Positions 49,076 to 61,400 of a stretch of DNA of 64,000 bases are shown in pieces. The notes under the pieces were generated by a model that did no database searches, was not told the DNA's origin, and was given only the letters and a program-made list of their open reading frames with translations. The stretch is taken from the NCBI RefSeq assembly GCF_018350175.1, contig NC_058368.1, positions 40,178,001 to 40,242,000 on the forward strand. Direction: 5' to 3'. Position 1 is the first letter of the stretch. Every line of letters begins with the position of its first letter. The translations under genes were made by a program, and so were the position numbers. This DNA is from Felis catus. Its lineage: Eukaryota.

Positions 49076-51934
49076 TCTAGATAATATTAGCCTCTCTTAA
49101 GATAGATCATTAATAAATACATTTATGAATAATGATAATTGTTTTTTTTTACTTTATGGATGATGGGTAAGTACCATTATTTATTTTTTTACTCATTTAT
49201 ATATATATATATATGTATGAATGAATGTATGCATTTTTGTCTAGTGCAGCTGAAAAATGGATGTATCTGTGATTATAATGTACTACTCTTTTCAGACAAC
49301 AAGTGTCTTAATTGGCAATACAATTCAGTAAGTACTACACATTTATTTTGTGTAACTATTCCTGGAGGAACCAAATACACGTATGTCTATGAAAGTTTCC
49401 TTCAGTCGAGGGGCTTTAAACCAGTGAGACCTAATCCAATAAGAACTATAATTAAGGTTTAAAAAAATTCTTTGAAAGGAGAGGGGAGCAAAAATTAATT
49501 CTTGCTGGGAAGTTATGGAAAGACCTTATTCAAGCAGTAAGATTTAAGCATGCTGGAAAATAATGTGAAAGCGTTCAAGAAAAAGAACATGTTGACAAAT
49601 GCAGCAATCTAAATTCCATGGTAAAGATGAGTTAATTCTAATCATCTTAACTCATTTAATATGCTTCATATGAGAAGTGAGGATTAGAAGAGATTTAAAG
49701 GATATTTTAAAAAGGTAAATTGTCATCTGGGTATTGGAGATTGTCTTCAAGCATATGTTTGCACATGAAAATATGCATGGAAAATGGAAGCAAACTTGGA
49801 CATGCATAGAAATGGAATATTTGAATTTTAGATTGGTTGTTTTACATGTTGTACACTAATAAGTATTCCTTTTGCATTTTCTTTGGAAGAGCAAATTGAA
49901 AGCATTTGCCTAATCAACAATATAGGTACATCTTCCAATTTGTATTTTCTCGTAGACAAGGAGTTTGATTTAATCATGGGTTAATAAGATGTATTTGGTT
50001 CCATCCATATGTTAGTTTGATTTTATAGGTCTTCGGAAGCTTTTTGTTAAGATATTGCTTACTTTATACAGTGAAACTACAAAGATACAGCTAAATTAAT
50101 TCATTTATACAAATTAGTTCTTCCATGTTGTAAACTTTGAAAAGCAAGGTGAAAGGAAAATGTTTTCTTTTGGTGCTGTTAAAGGCCAATAGATTCCCAT
50201 CAGAAATTGTCTCAAAGGTCAGCAGGTTGTGTCCATAAAAGCAAATTTCAATTATCTTTGACACACTCAGCAATTGCCATGTTATTTTATGTATTATGCT
50301 TGACTATTCAAACTAAAAAAAAAAAAAAAAGGCACTTGTGAGGTCCATCCATTAGATTGTTCCTAGATGGCAGAACCTATAAGCTAATTTAACCCTTGAG
50401 GAAAAATTTAAGGCATATTTGTTTCTTTTGTATTATATAATTTGAGACAAATAATTGCTTATCAATTTTAATTTGCAATCTGAAAATTTTAACATTAACA
50501 TTGAAACTATTGTATTTGTTGTTTCAATAATCTGTTTTCAAAATTGTTGAACCAGCTTTTGAATACTGAGATTTGTTATAATATTAGAAGTGATGCTAAA
50601 TTTAATCATGTTCACATGAAAATATGTTATTATAGTCAAATGCTACATGAATTACAACCTACATCTTTTAGGCAACTTTACTGAATAAAACATTATTTTA
50701 ATAATAACCACTAGTTTGTATGTACCTAACACAAATTTCATATTGATTTAAATGATTTTAACACAAAATATTTGGCAAGATTAGAAAACAGTCATCCCTG
50801 AATGTTTTTATAAATCTTCTAGACTCCAGAGAAAGATACTTGTCAATTTGAAATATCAGTTTCTGGGACAATCAGGATGATATTTTCTCAAATATGTGTG
50901 ACTTGTGACACCCAAGACATTTCTACATATGGCTGGCAGAGTGGGCTCATTCCTAGTCAACCCATTTATTCTCAATATTCAGTGATAAATACTGAACACA
51001 GAAACTGAATTACTCAAGTATATATGTTACCTGTTCATGACAGAAATTAACAGATGTGTCCATGACGTGGACATTTGTTCTACTCATATGCTGTGACTGA
51101 TGTTGCCATTAAGGACACACTAGCTTTTCAGGTCACCCAGTGAACACTTCATATAATAGAATCAAGAGTTTCTGAAAATATAAATGTTACCATGAAAAAA
51201 CAATTAACATCTCTGGAAGCAGAGTCGTTCTCTTATCAGAGTAGAATATTTTTAAGCAAAAAAAAATTTTTTTTTGCAACAGTAAAGGTGAGGAAGCAAA
51301 TAGTGTAAAAATTAACCTTAGTAGTTTAAAATAACTAACTTAGAACCAAATGGTAACTTGAGTCCTGTGAGAACCAGCCTCAATGGAGTGGCTCAGTAGT
51401 AATTACGTACCATTTTAGCACTAGACTTAAAGCCATTTTAAATGAAAGTGATCATAATCATAAAGAGGATAGGAAAAAAGGGAATTTGAACTTTTAATCT
51501 TAGTGACTTTCCATTAGATTCAGAAGAACTCTTACAATAAAGGCTTTCTTATTTGCCATTTACAGAGGGTCAAATACCCTCTTCCTACTGTCTTACTATC
51601 AGGCCTTGTTATTGGAATAATGGTTTTCATGAGAGCTCTGCAGGTTCTCCATTATCAGACATGTTTGCTACAAACATGAATAAGACAACTCGAGTTTTCA
51701 GCATTGGAGACCATGAGGTCACTCAAATTTGAGGGGGGTCTTCATTTCAGACTAGAACTTCCCAGCTGACAGAATAACTGAATACTTCTAGACTAGGTAG
51801 CAGTATGATATGGGGCTATTTTTTTCCTTTCTTATTATGTATAAATCTGCAAAGCAATAAAAGATATTTTCTCTTCCTGGTTAATTGTATAGTTCCTAAA
51901 ACAAATAATATTTTGTCTATTGTCATCTAAAATG

Positions 51935-51967
51935 TATGTGTGCATACATACACAAACATACAAAAAC

Positions 51968-52007
<40 letters not shown>

Positions 52008-52050
52008 GTGCATACACAAGCACATATATGTACATACCCAAATATATATG
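51935..52050. repeat. (TA)n / mixed purine-pyrimidine microsatellite
   Basis: Directly visible. Confidence 0.9.
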
Positions 52051-54002
52051 GAAAATATTAGGGATAATTGTGATCCTAGATAGATGTTTCTGTTTTGTTC
52101 TCATTCAAATTCCTTTATTTGAGAAAGATGGAATGGATCTATTGAATTTTCACATGTTCTCTTCTTAACCTAAAAATTTTTCAGAGAAACCATCTATGTT
52201 ATGCTCAAGCATCATGCATAGTAGCAGACAAGAAACATAAATTGCACATAACTCATACATTTTATCTAAGCCAAAGCACTAATGTTATTGTTTTTCCAAA
52301 TATTTTAATTTGGGCCCACTTCTAAATAATAAGTGACTTACAATGAATAAAATGGCACATACATAACATGATTAAAATATATCAGCAAAATATATTTAAA
52401 TTATTTTTATTATTTTAGTCATCAAAGTATGTAAGCACAATTTAAAATAGCATTTCTATAAGTGATATTTCTTTAGAATATTTTTTCAGAGGTGTATGGA
52501 AATTGTATCAGAATACCATTGCCTCTAGCTTGTATTTTCTTATGACAACTTCAGAGTTCAGTAAATTTTAATGAACACAAATAATAATACACATAAAGTT
52601 AAATAAATTAAAAGATATCAGGCTCAAAGCAGTTATCTAAAACTTAAGTGCATTTTCTTAGAATACTAGAAAAACTAAACTCGGAGTAGGCTGCAAATAA
52701 TTTAATTTGTAGTTCATGAAAAGCAAATTATATTTTCCCTTATAAGTTTTTGCATTTCCTAAATGTTTACTTTTTCAACATAAGAATACATGTTAAATAT
52801 ATTAAAGATATATTTTAAAAACGGTTGACATATATTACTACATTTTCAAAAGGAAGTCTTTCATCATTGAAAAAATCCTCATGTCTATTGAGCTTTCACT
52901 GTCTAAAGTTTTACTGGAAACCAGAACATTCATTGACTAAATTTATGAAATTATGTGTAGGCTTGAATCTTACTGGCTGTTCTGTGACTATAAAAGTAAC
53001 ATATATTACATTTAAATGTATGCTATACTATTTATCTATATAAGTCAGTATAATTCAGTGGTTATTTGCACAACTCTAGAGTGAGTTAAGTAAGTACAAA
53101 AGCTTGTTTCATCACATGCTAGCTCTTTACAAGCAGTCACCTGCAAATATGGAAAAAGAAAAGGGTAAGGTTATGTTGTTTTCCAAAACAAAACAAAACA
53201 CAAAACAAAACACCCTTCTTGCATATATCTATGGCCACATTGAGAAAAAGGAAGCTGGAAAATTAGGTCTTACTGTTCAGTAGCTGTATGCAAAACTGAA
53301 AATTATTATATTATCAGAAGAGAGAGAATGAATATTGGAAGACACCAAGTATTTCAAAGTTCGTATTTCCAAGTAACATGTTTACGCCCTTAATTTTAAT
53401 TTTGTGCATTGATTTTTATTTATGCAAGATGAGCATTTAGGTCTGTAGCACATCACCCCTTTCCATTCTCCCACAACTTTTCCAAAACGGTGAAATTACA
53501 CATTTTGTTTACATCAATAATCAGTTTGTGTGTCACTACAATAATGTAAATATTATTCTTAATGTGAGACATATCAGAGATGAAAGTCCTTCTTTCACAA
53601 CATTTTATTTTCCTGAAGTTGATAACTCACTCCCTGTGTACTTACTTAGTACAATTACTCCAATTAGTCACCCTCAAGTTCCCCAAACAAAATGTGAACA
53701 CCAGATATTCTGTCAATTTCATCTATAAGAGGACATGCTCCTAGAGCTATCATTCCTTTTGCTGCAATCAGGACTGATTGCTCTCCAGGTCTTCAGCACA
53801 GAAATCACGTAATATCTCTTCATTATCCTATTGGGAATCTCCTCAAATATTCACAATGTGGATCTCTTGTCAGGATCTCAGGACTTTTCTCTGTTGCTTT
53901 ATTTCCTACAGTGGTGAAGAAGCTTCTTGAGAATGTGCCTATGTGTTTACATGTCTAAATATCTGAGACCTTGCTTATTTTAAAGTGTCTCCATTTATTC
54001 TT

Positions 54003-54428
54003 TTTTTTATATGAAATTTATTGACAAATTGGTTTCCATACAACACCCAGTGCTCATCCCAAAAGGTGCCCTCCTCAATACCCATCACCCACCCTCTCTT
54101 CCCTCCCACCCCCCATCAACCCTCAGTTTGTTTTCAGTTTTTTTTTTTTTAATTTTTTTTCAACGTTTATTTATTTTTGGGACAGAGAGAGACAGAGCAT
54201 GAACAGGCGAGGGGCAGAGAGAGAGGGAGACACAGAATCGGAAACAGGCTCCAGGCTCTGAGCCATCAGCCCAGAGCCCGACGCGGGGCTCAAACTCACG
54301 GACCGCAAGATTGTGACCTGGCTGAAGTCGGACGCTTAACCGACTGCGCCACCCAGGCGCCCCTGTTCTCAGTTTTTAACAGTCTCTTATGCTTTGGCTC
54401 TCTCCCACTCTAACCTCTTTTTTTTTTT
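54003..54428 (-). mobile_element. Short felid L1 (L1_Fc-type) 3' end, interrupted by a SINE
   Basis: Antisense of the 17720-17895 sequence; flanked by tttattctt repeats. Confidence 0.92.
54143..54363 (-). mobile_element. Young SINEC_Fc nested in an L1 3'UTR
   Basis: TSD tgttttcagttttt / tgttctcagttttt. Confidence 0.95.
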
Positions 54429-54790
54429 TTTATTCTTAATAGTGATTCAATTTTACTAGGTATAGAATGCATAGGATAATATTTTGCTCTGATTTATGAA
54501 TAGTATCAACATTTGGAAAGTGAAATTTTATTCTCCTTCTTGAGTTTTGTTTAGACTATATACATTTTTTCCTTTCCCTGGAGGATTTTATAATTTTTAT
54601 CTTTGAAACTTGAATTGTGAAATTTCAATTGATGGGCTTTAATGTAAATATTTTAGTCATACCAGTGTTGAAAAAATATATGTTAGTTTAAGGAGGAATA
54701 AAAGACATAAGTGATAAACTTGAGGAAAATTTGGCAAGCAATTATAACGAAAGGATAGGTTCAGTCATGATAAAAATCATGATGTTTCAA

Positions 54791-54995
54791 GGAGCGCCTG
54801 GGTGGCTCAGTCAGTTAAGTGACCGACTTCGGCTCAGGTCATGATCTCATGGTTTGTGGGTTCAAGCCCTACATCGGGGTCTGTGCTGACAGCTCAGAGC
54901 CTGGAGCCTGCTTCTGATTCTGTGTCTCCCCCTCTCTCTGCACCTCCCCTGCTTGTGCTCTCTCAATAAATAAATGTTAAAAAAAAGATGTAAAA
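54791..54995 (+). mobile_element. CanSINE
   Basis: Full head, body and tail; flanked by atgtttcaa repeats. Confidence 0.92.
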
Positions 54996-55091
54996 AAATC
55001 ATGTTTCAAGCCTTACACAACAAATTGTTCTTTTGGGATTTAAACTTCTCTAGTTTATAGAACAAGATGGATGGTGTCCTAATTCTTTTTT

Positions 55092-55315
55092 TTTTTTTTT
55101 TAATTTTTTTTTCAACGTTTATTTATTTTTGGGACAGAGAGAGACAGAGCATGAATGGGGGAGGGGTAGAGAGAGAGGGAGACACAGAATCAGAAACGGG
55201 CTCCAGGCTCTGAGCCATCAGCCCAGAGCCTGATGTGGGGCTCGAACTCACGGACCGCGAGATGGTGACCTGGCTGAAGTCGGACGCTTAACCAACTGCA
55301 CCACCCAGGCGCCCC
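55092..55315 (-). mobile_element. SINEC_Fc
   Basis: TSD taattctttttt. Confidence 0.95.
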
Positions 55316-55949
55316 TAATTCTTTTTTTAAAAGTTACCATCATATTGGTATTGAAAAGCTTGCATCTTAAACATATATATTGAAGTAGAAGTACTAAAAC
55401 CCCAATGTTAATGAATCATCTCCAACATGTTATAAAAATTATAAGACATTAAGAACTAGCAGAGTAATAAGAAGATTGCAAATAGGGTGGTATATTAATA
55501 AATACTCCTTTAATGAATGTAGAGTAGATCATTTGATAAATTTCACCAAAGATTAAAACTCATAATAAGGTGATCACCTTGGCAATCACACCTTCTCTAG
55601 AAGAAGTCTGAGGAACTCTAAGAATTTTTGCTCGTTTGATCTCTGTCTTCAGTATAATAAAAACAAATATTCACTCAAAATCAACACATACCATCACATT
55701 TAGGTTTGAAACATTAAAGAAATTTCCATTAAAATCCCAAGTAGTATGGCCTTTTTAAACATGACCTCAAAGTTAGAAACTTTTAATTAATTTGAGTGAT
55801 AGTGTTGACTGCTATGGTAGACACTGTTGGTTGCTTGCTCAAAGATTTTTTTCCCACTACTTCAAAACTCATTATTTTAAATTCTTCTGAATGTGCATCT
55901 TGGTCGCTGAGACCCAAGAAGCAGTCTTTCACTGAGCTTTTGGAAAAGT

Positions 55950-56158
55950 TTTTTCAACATTTTTTTAATGTTCATTTATTTTTGAGAGAGAGAGAGAGAG
56001 CACATGAGTAGGGAGGGGGCAGAGAGAGAGGGAAACACAGAATCCAAAGCTCTGAGCTGTCAACACAGGCTGTGATCATGCCATGAGATCATGAGATCAT
56101 GAGATCATGACCTGAGCCGAAGTTGGATGCTTAACCAACTGAACCATCCAGGTGCCCC
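55950..56158 (-). mobile_element. CanSINE with internal deletion and (catgagat)x3 expansion
   Basis: ccatgagatcatgagatcatgagatcatgacctgagc; head ends ggtgcccc. Confidence 0.88.
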
Positions 56159-56300
56159 ACTTTTGAAAAACTTTTAATTCTTAATTGAAAAAAAAAAAGG
56201 ACTCATCAAATCAAATATCACTCTGGATTAATGCCATTTTGTAAAATCTAGTACAGCTGCAGCAATTCTGCAACCACGTGAAAAGACAACACTGAACACT

Positions 56301-56492
56301 TTTTTTCCTGTTTATTTAATTTTGGAAGAGAGAGCAAAAGGAGGGGAGGGGAAGAAAGAGAGGAGGACAGAGGATCTGAAGCAGGTTCTGCGCTGACAGC
56401 AGCGAGCCAGATGTGAGCCTTGAATTCATGAACAGAGATCATGACCTGACCTGAAGTCAGATGCTTAACCAACTGAGCCACCAGGCACTCCC
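56301..56492 (-). mobile_element. CanSINE
   Basis: TSD tgaacactttt / tgaacattttt. Confidence 0.88.
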
Positions 56493-56690
56493 TGAACATT
56501 TTTATGTTTACAGAAGTGTGCTATAACAAAGATGGTCTAATCTTGTCAGAATGTTCCTGCCACAACTGCTAAACTCACAGATTTTGCTGGAAAATATCAT
56601 CACCAATGTTTGCTATTACTGCTATTAGAAACAATGGCTAATATTGTTGCTAGAGAATGGGGATATGAAACATTTTAAGCCTTTCAATTG

Positions 56691-56719
56691 TTTTTTAAAA
56701 TTTTTTAATGTTTATTTCT

Positions 56720-56751
<32 letters not shown>

Positions 56752-56941
56752 CAGAGAGAGAGAGAGAGAATGCAAGCAGCAGAGGGGCAGAGAGAGAGAG
56801 AGGGAGACAGAATCCGAAGCAGGCTCCAGGCTCTGAGCTGTCAGCGGAGCCTGACTTGGGGCTCCACCCGACCCATGAATCATGAGATCATGACCTGAGC
56901 TGAAGTCAGATTCTTAACTGACTGAGCCACCGAGGTGCCCC
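56691..56941 (-). mobile_element. CanSINE
   Basis: (GA)n plus antisense head. Confidence 0.9.
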
Positions 56942-57120
56942 TCAGTTCTTTTTTTTTTTTTTTTAATCATCCTGACAAATAGAATAGAAATTCTAAGTCC
57001 ATTAGCAAAGTTGGGAATTTTATACAAATGGAACCACTCAGGTTATTTTGTGTGCCTTTGTGTATACATTCTTTGGTATCTGGTTCCTAGCACTCAGCAC
57101 ATTTAAGACTCAATCATGAC

Positions 57121-57340
57121 GGGGTGCCTAGTTGGCTCAGTCGGTTAAACATCTGACTCCTGATTTTGGTTCAGGTCATGATCTCATGGTCCTGAGATCA
57201 AGCCCCGTGTTAGGTTCCAAGCTGAGCGTGGAGCCTGCTTGGAATTCTCTCTCTCCCTCTCTGTCTGCCCCTCCCCTGCTTGCATGTGTGTGCACATGTG
57301 TGATCTCTCTCACTTTCCCTCTCAAAATAAATAAACACTT
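57121..57340 (+). mobile_element. CanSINE (older)
   Basis: ggggtgcctagttggctcagtcggttaa head and aataaataaac tail. Confidence 0.9.
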
Positions 57341-57384
57341 ATTTTAGGTATTTAGGTATTTAACATAGTATTTTAGGAGATTAT

Positions 57385-58560
57385 CAGTTTTCTACAGCTG
57401 AGTATTACTAATTGTATGTACATACCACAATTTATCCAATTCCTACTGATTTTTATTATTACCAGTTTTGGGGCTTATTATTAATAATGCTATGTTGGTA
57501 CATGTTTTCAGTGGTTTTGGATAAATCCTAGGAGTGGAATATTTGGGTTATATGGTAGATATATGTTAACATTTTTGAGAAACCACAAACAATTTTCTAA
57601 AGTAGTTGTACCATTTTATACTTCTACCAGCTATGTATGAGGGTCATAGTCTTTTCTAATATTTGGAGTTGCTTATCATTTTTTAAACCAATTTAGTGAG
57701 TGGGTGTATTTTGTTGCCTCATTATGATTTAAACATTTTTCTATGATGACTAATGCTGTTGAGCACTTTTTCCCATGCTTCCTCAACATTTTCATATATT
57801 TTCTGTTGAGAAATGTTTGTTTTGCTTATTTTATTGTCTTTTATAATTCAGTTGCAATAGTTCTTAATATGTTTTGGCTATAAGTACTTTTCCAGTTTAG
57901 AATATCTTCATTTCTTTAGTGGTTTCTTTTAATGAGAAAAAGGTTGTAATTTTTGGTTATGTCTAATTTATCCCTTTTTTCCCCCTTTAATGGTTATCTC
58001 TTTCTTTGATTGGTCTAAGAAGTACTTACCTACCCAGAAGTCATAAAGATATTTTCTAGTTACCTTCTGAAACACTATGCTTTTGGTTTTCACATTTATG
58101 ACTGATTCATCTAAAACTACTATTTTATTTTTGCACACAGTGTGAAGTAGAAGCTATTTTTCCCCCCATATTGATGTTGTAGCACCATTTGGTGAACAGA
58201 TTTTCTGTTCCCCAGTGATTGCTTGGCATCCTTGAAAATTATTGGACCGACTATATGTAGGTTTATTTCTGTACTCTCTATACTGCTCCATTGATCAATT
58301 TGTCTATCCTTTTGGCAAGACTACACTATACAGATTACTGTAGCATTATAAAAAATCTTGGATTCCTTCAACAGTTTTTGTTCATTTCTCCCAATTGCTT
58401 TGGATATTCTTGATACTTTGTCCATTAAAATAAGTTTCAAAATCATCTTCTTGATTTTTAGAAAACAATCCAGCTTGGATTGTGACAGAGATTGCATTTA
58501 TGTTATAATTCAATTTCTGAAGAATCAATATCTTAACAATATTGAGTTTTCTAATCCATG
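57385..58560 (-). mobile_element. Old L1 (L1M-class) antisense fragment
   Basis: cctaggagtggaat, gttgtaccattttatacttc.accag and gttttctaatccatg motifs. Confidence 0.75.
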
Positions 58561-58800
58561 TTATAGACTATGTTAGTTCAAACTAGAATACTATTACTAG
58601 AATTTTTAAGTAGAATCAACTTATTAATTCTAAAAAAAATAATAAACTGCACAAAGCTATTTGTACAAAGGTAAGTACTGGAACATTATTCCTTATATTT
58701 ATAGCCTAGCACCCACTAAAATCAACAGTAGAAAAAAAATCAATAGTAGAATGTTTAACTTTGTTTCCTGCCACACGATGGTGTTAGAATAATTTTGTGC

Positions 58801-58940
58801 GCTCTGGGCTGATGGCTCAGAGCCTGGAGCCTGTTTCTGATTCTGTGTCTCCCTCTCTCTCTGCCCCTCCCCCGTTCATGCTCTGTCTCTCTCTGTCCCA
58901 AAAATAAATAAAAAAACGTTGAAAAAAAATTAAAAAAAAA
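58801..58940 (+). mobile_element. 5'-truncated young SINEC_Fc
   Basis: Starts mid-element (gctctgggctgatggctc); perfect 15-bp TSD agaataattttgtgc at 58786-58800 and 58941-58955. Confidence 0.95.
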
Positions 58941-58990
58941 AGAATAATTTTGTGCAAAAATAGGGTCACGATATATTCATATGAAAAAAA

Positions 58991-59131
58991 TAGGTAGCGA
59001 ATTAGGTACACTAGGTGCACTAGGTACCTAGGTACAAATTAGGTACCTAGGTACACTAGGTACCAAATTAGGTACAAATTAGGTACCTAGGTACACTAGG
59101 TACCTAGGTACAAATTAGGTACACTAGGATC
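58991..59131. repeat. Mosaic tandem repeat of TAGGTAC cores with variable linkers
   Basis: 12 perfect taggtac plus 3 variant units, joined by c, ac, aaat or caaat. Confidence 0.95.
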
Positions 59132-59250
59132 TAATTTTTATAAACATATTTACCTATTGACTACCTATAAAAACATGACTCACTTTGATGTTTAACTTCT
59201 GTTTTTTTTTTTTTTTCTATTATATGCCTCTCGTATATTATAATTCTTTT

Positions 59251-59417
59251 GGGGCACCTGGGTGGCTCAGTCAGTTAGGCATCCGACTTTGGCTCAGGTC
59301 ATGATCTTGGTTCCTGAGTTCCAGCCTTGAGTTGAGCTCTGTGCTGACAGCTCAGAGCCTGGAGCCTGCTTCAGCTTCTGTCTCCCTCTCTCTCTGCCCC
59401 TCCCCCACTCACACTCT

Positions 59418-59461
<44 letters not shown>

Positions 59462-59500
59462 AAAAGTAAATAAACATTTAAAAAATAAAAAAAAAACAAT
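59251..59500 (+). mobile_element. CanSINE with long (CT)n
   Basis: ggggcacctgggtggctcagtcagtt head and A-rich tail. Confidence 0.93.
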
Positions 59501-60110
59501 AAATACTTTCAAATTAAAAGTACTTTTACGTTGCAAAAGTAAGCTTTGCAAAAGAAAGCTTTGCAAAAAGAAGCTATATTAGTGCATACATTTTTAGTCA
59601 TCTGTTTGCAAACTTTTTTTTACCTATGATTTCTAATAAAATAAAACTATAAACCTCCTAGAATGATAAAAACACCTCCCACACATATTTCAGTTTCATC
59701 TGCTGAATGAAACCCACATGTTTCAGGTACAATAGGTGACATGCAGTTTTATAAATTAGCTACTTATTTATACATCTGCACAGCTTTCTATACTATTATT
59801 AAATAATTTTATCTGAAAAACTATTATATTCATATATATGCAGATAAACATGTTTCCTTTCAGACACTGTTTTCTCTCATCTGGCAGAATTAATGGCTTG
59901 TATTGCCTTTCATGGTATGAAAGAGCTATGTGGTATCAGTTACACATAAGAATTGCAGACAACTTTTCAGGCCCAACTGAGTTTTGGGATTATTATTATT
60001 TGAGATTATTATTTGTAGCAGCAAAGCCAACAAAGTATTTTGCTTGTTGGACTACCAAGTGTTCTGGAGATAGGAGGGCTCAAACTGTTTTATTGATCCA
60101 AGGTTGGGTT

Positions 60111-60145
<35 letters not shown>

Positions 60146-61315
60146 GGAGATACCATGAAAGGATAAAGAGAGGAACAGAAGTAATAATATCAGTAAGAAG
60201 GTAGTTTTAACATAGGGTCATAAGAATGAGTTCAGGAGAGAATAGAAGAGAAGGTTTAAGTAGAGATATTAGAAAGGTTTAAGTAGAGATATTAGAAAGG
60301 TCAAAAGTATGGAGAGTTTAGTGTGATACAAGAAAAGGGGTTTTGGCCAGAGTAAGAAATCTTCAATTTAAAATTTCAGAGATGAAGCCTTAGAGAGGAT
60401 GCTGACAATCAGCTTGTATAGATGGGAGTAAGCGGTTGAAATAAAGTGAGCATGAACATTTGTATATAATGAGGATAAGGATTTGGATAATAGTCATCTG
60501 CGTGAATACTGTAGTCATTTGAATTATTTAAACATTGATGCCAGTCAGGGGTGGACAGAAGGAATCATAAGGAAGTTATGTTGTGGGAATAGTTGAACTG
60601 CATGATCCTAAAGGACAGAAGATGTTTTTACATATGGTTAGAGGCATCACTATGCAGGAGCCATGAGGTAGGTGCATGCTTTTCCCATCTCAGATCATCT
60701 CAGATGCTAAAATATGAGAGATGAAGGAAAATAAAATATAGTTCTTTAAGAAAGCTGCAGAAAAGATGAGACTTGTTTAGATCTGAATTTCAGTAAGACA
60801 GCAATAAGGGATTATTCAGAGAAAATTATGATAATGTATGGGAGTTTTGTTTATTTCTTTTTACCTATGGAATAGGATTCTAAAAAACACATTGAGGTTG
60901 GAAGAAGAGAAAATATCAGTTAAGGATTGCCTTCAGCTGCACAAAGTAGATAACAGATAAAAGTGCCTTAAAAAAAAAAGAACAGCTTTTTGCTTTTTTT
61001 TTTTTTTTTTTTTTTAATCTAGAAAGAATATCACAGCTAGGAAGCCCCGGGATAGTTCATTCCCTTCACAAGGTCACCATTTTCACAGACTTCTTCTATC
61101 TCCCTGCTCCACCATCCATAGTGACTGCTATAATCCTCATGGTCACCTGCCTCAAATTGACTTTCAGCCTTATATTACAGGCTATAAACAGTAGACTAAT
61201 AAGGAAAAAGGAGAAAAGGGTGATGACTACATCAGAAAGTAAAATATGCTCAAATATTTCAGTGGATTTCCACTGACACCTGAGAAAACATTGCAATGTC
61301 AAGGGAGGCTGGAAA

Positions 61316-61400
61316 ATTATTTTATTTTATTTTATTTTATTTTATTTTATTTTATTTTATTTTATTATATTTATCTTATTTTTTGTTTTACCTTGTTTTC
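61316..61400 (+). repeat. (TTTTA)n microsatellite
   Basis: Directly visible. Confidence 0.9.

Noticed and set aside
58991..59131. CRISPR-like array or telomeric repeat
   Set aside because: The cores are 7 bp with 1-5 bp recurring linkers, there are no unique spacers or cas genes, and the context is mammalian. TTAGG occurs but there are no TTAGGG tandem units.
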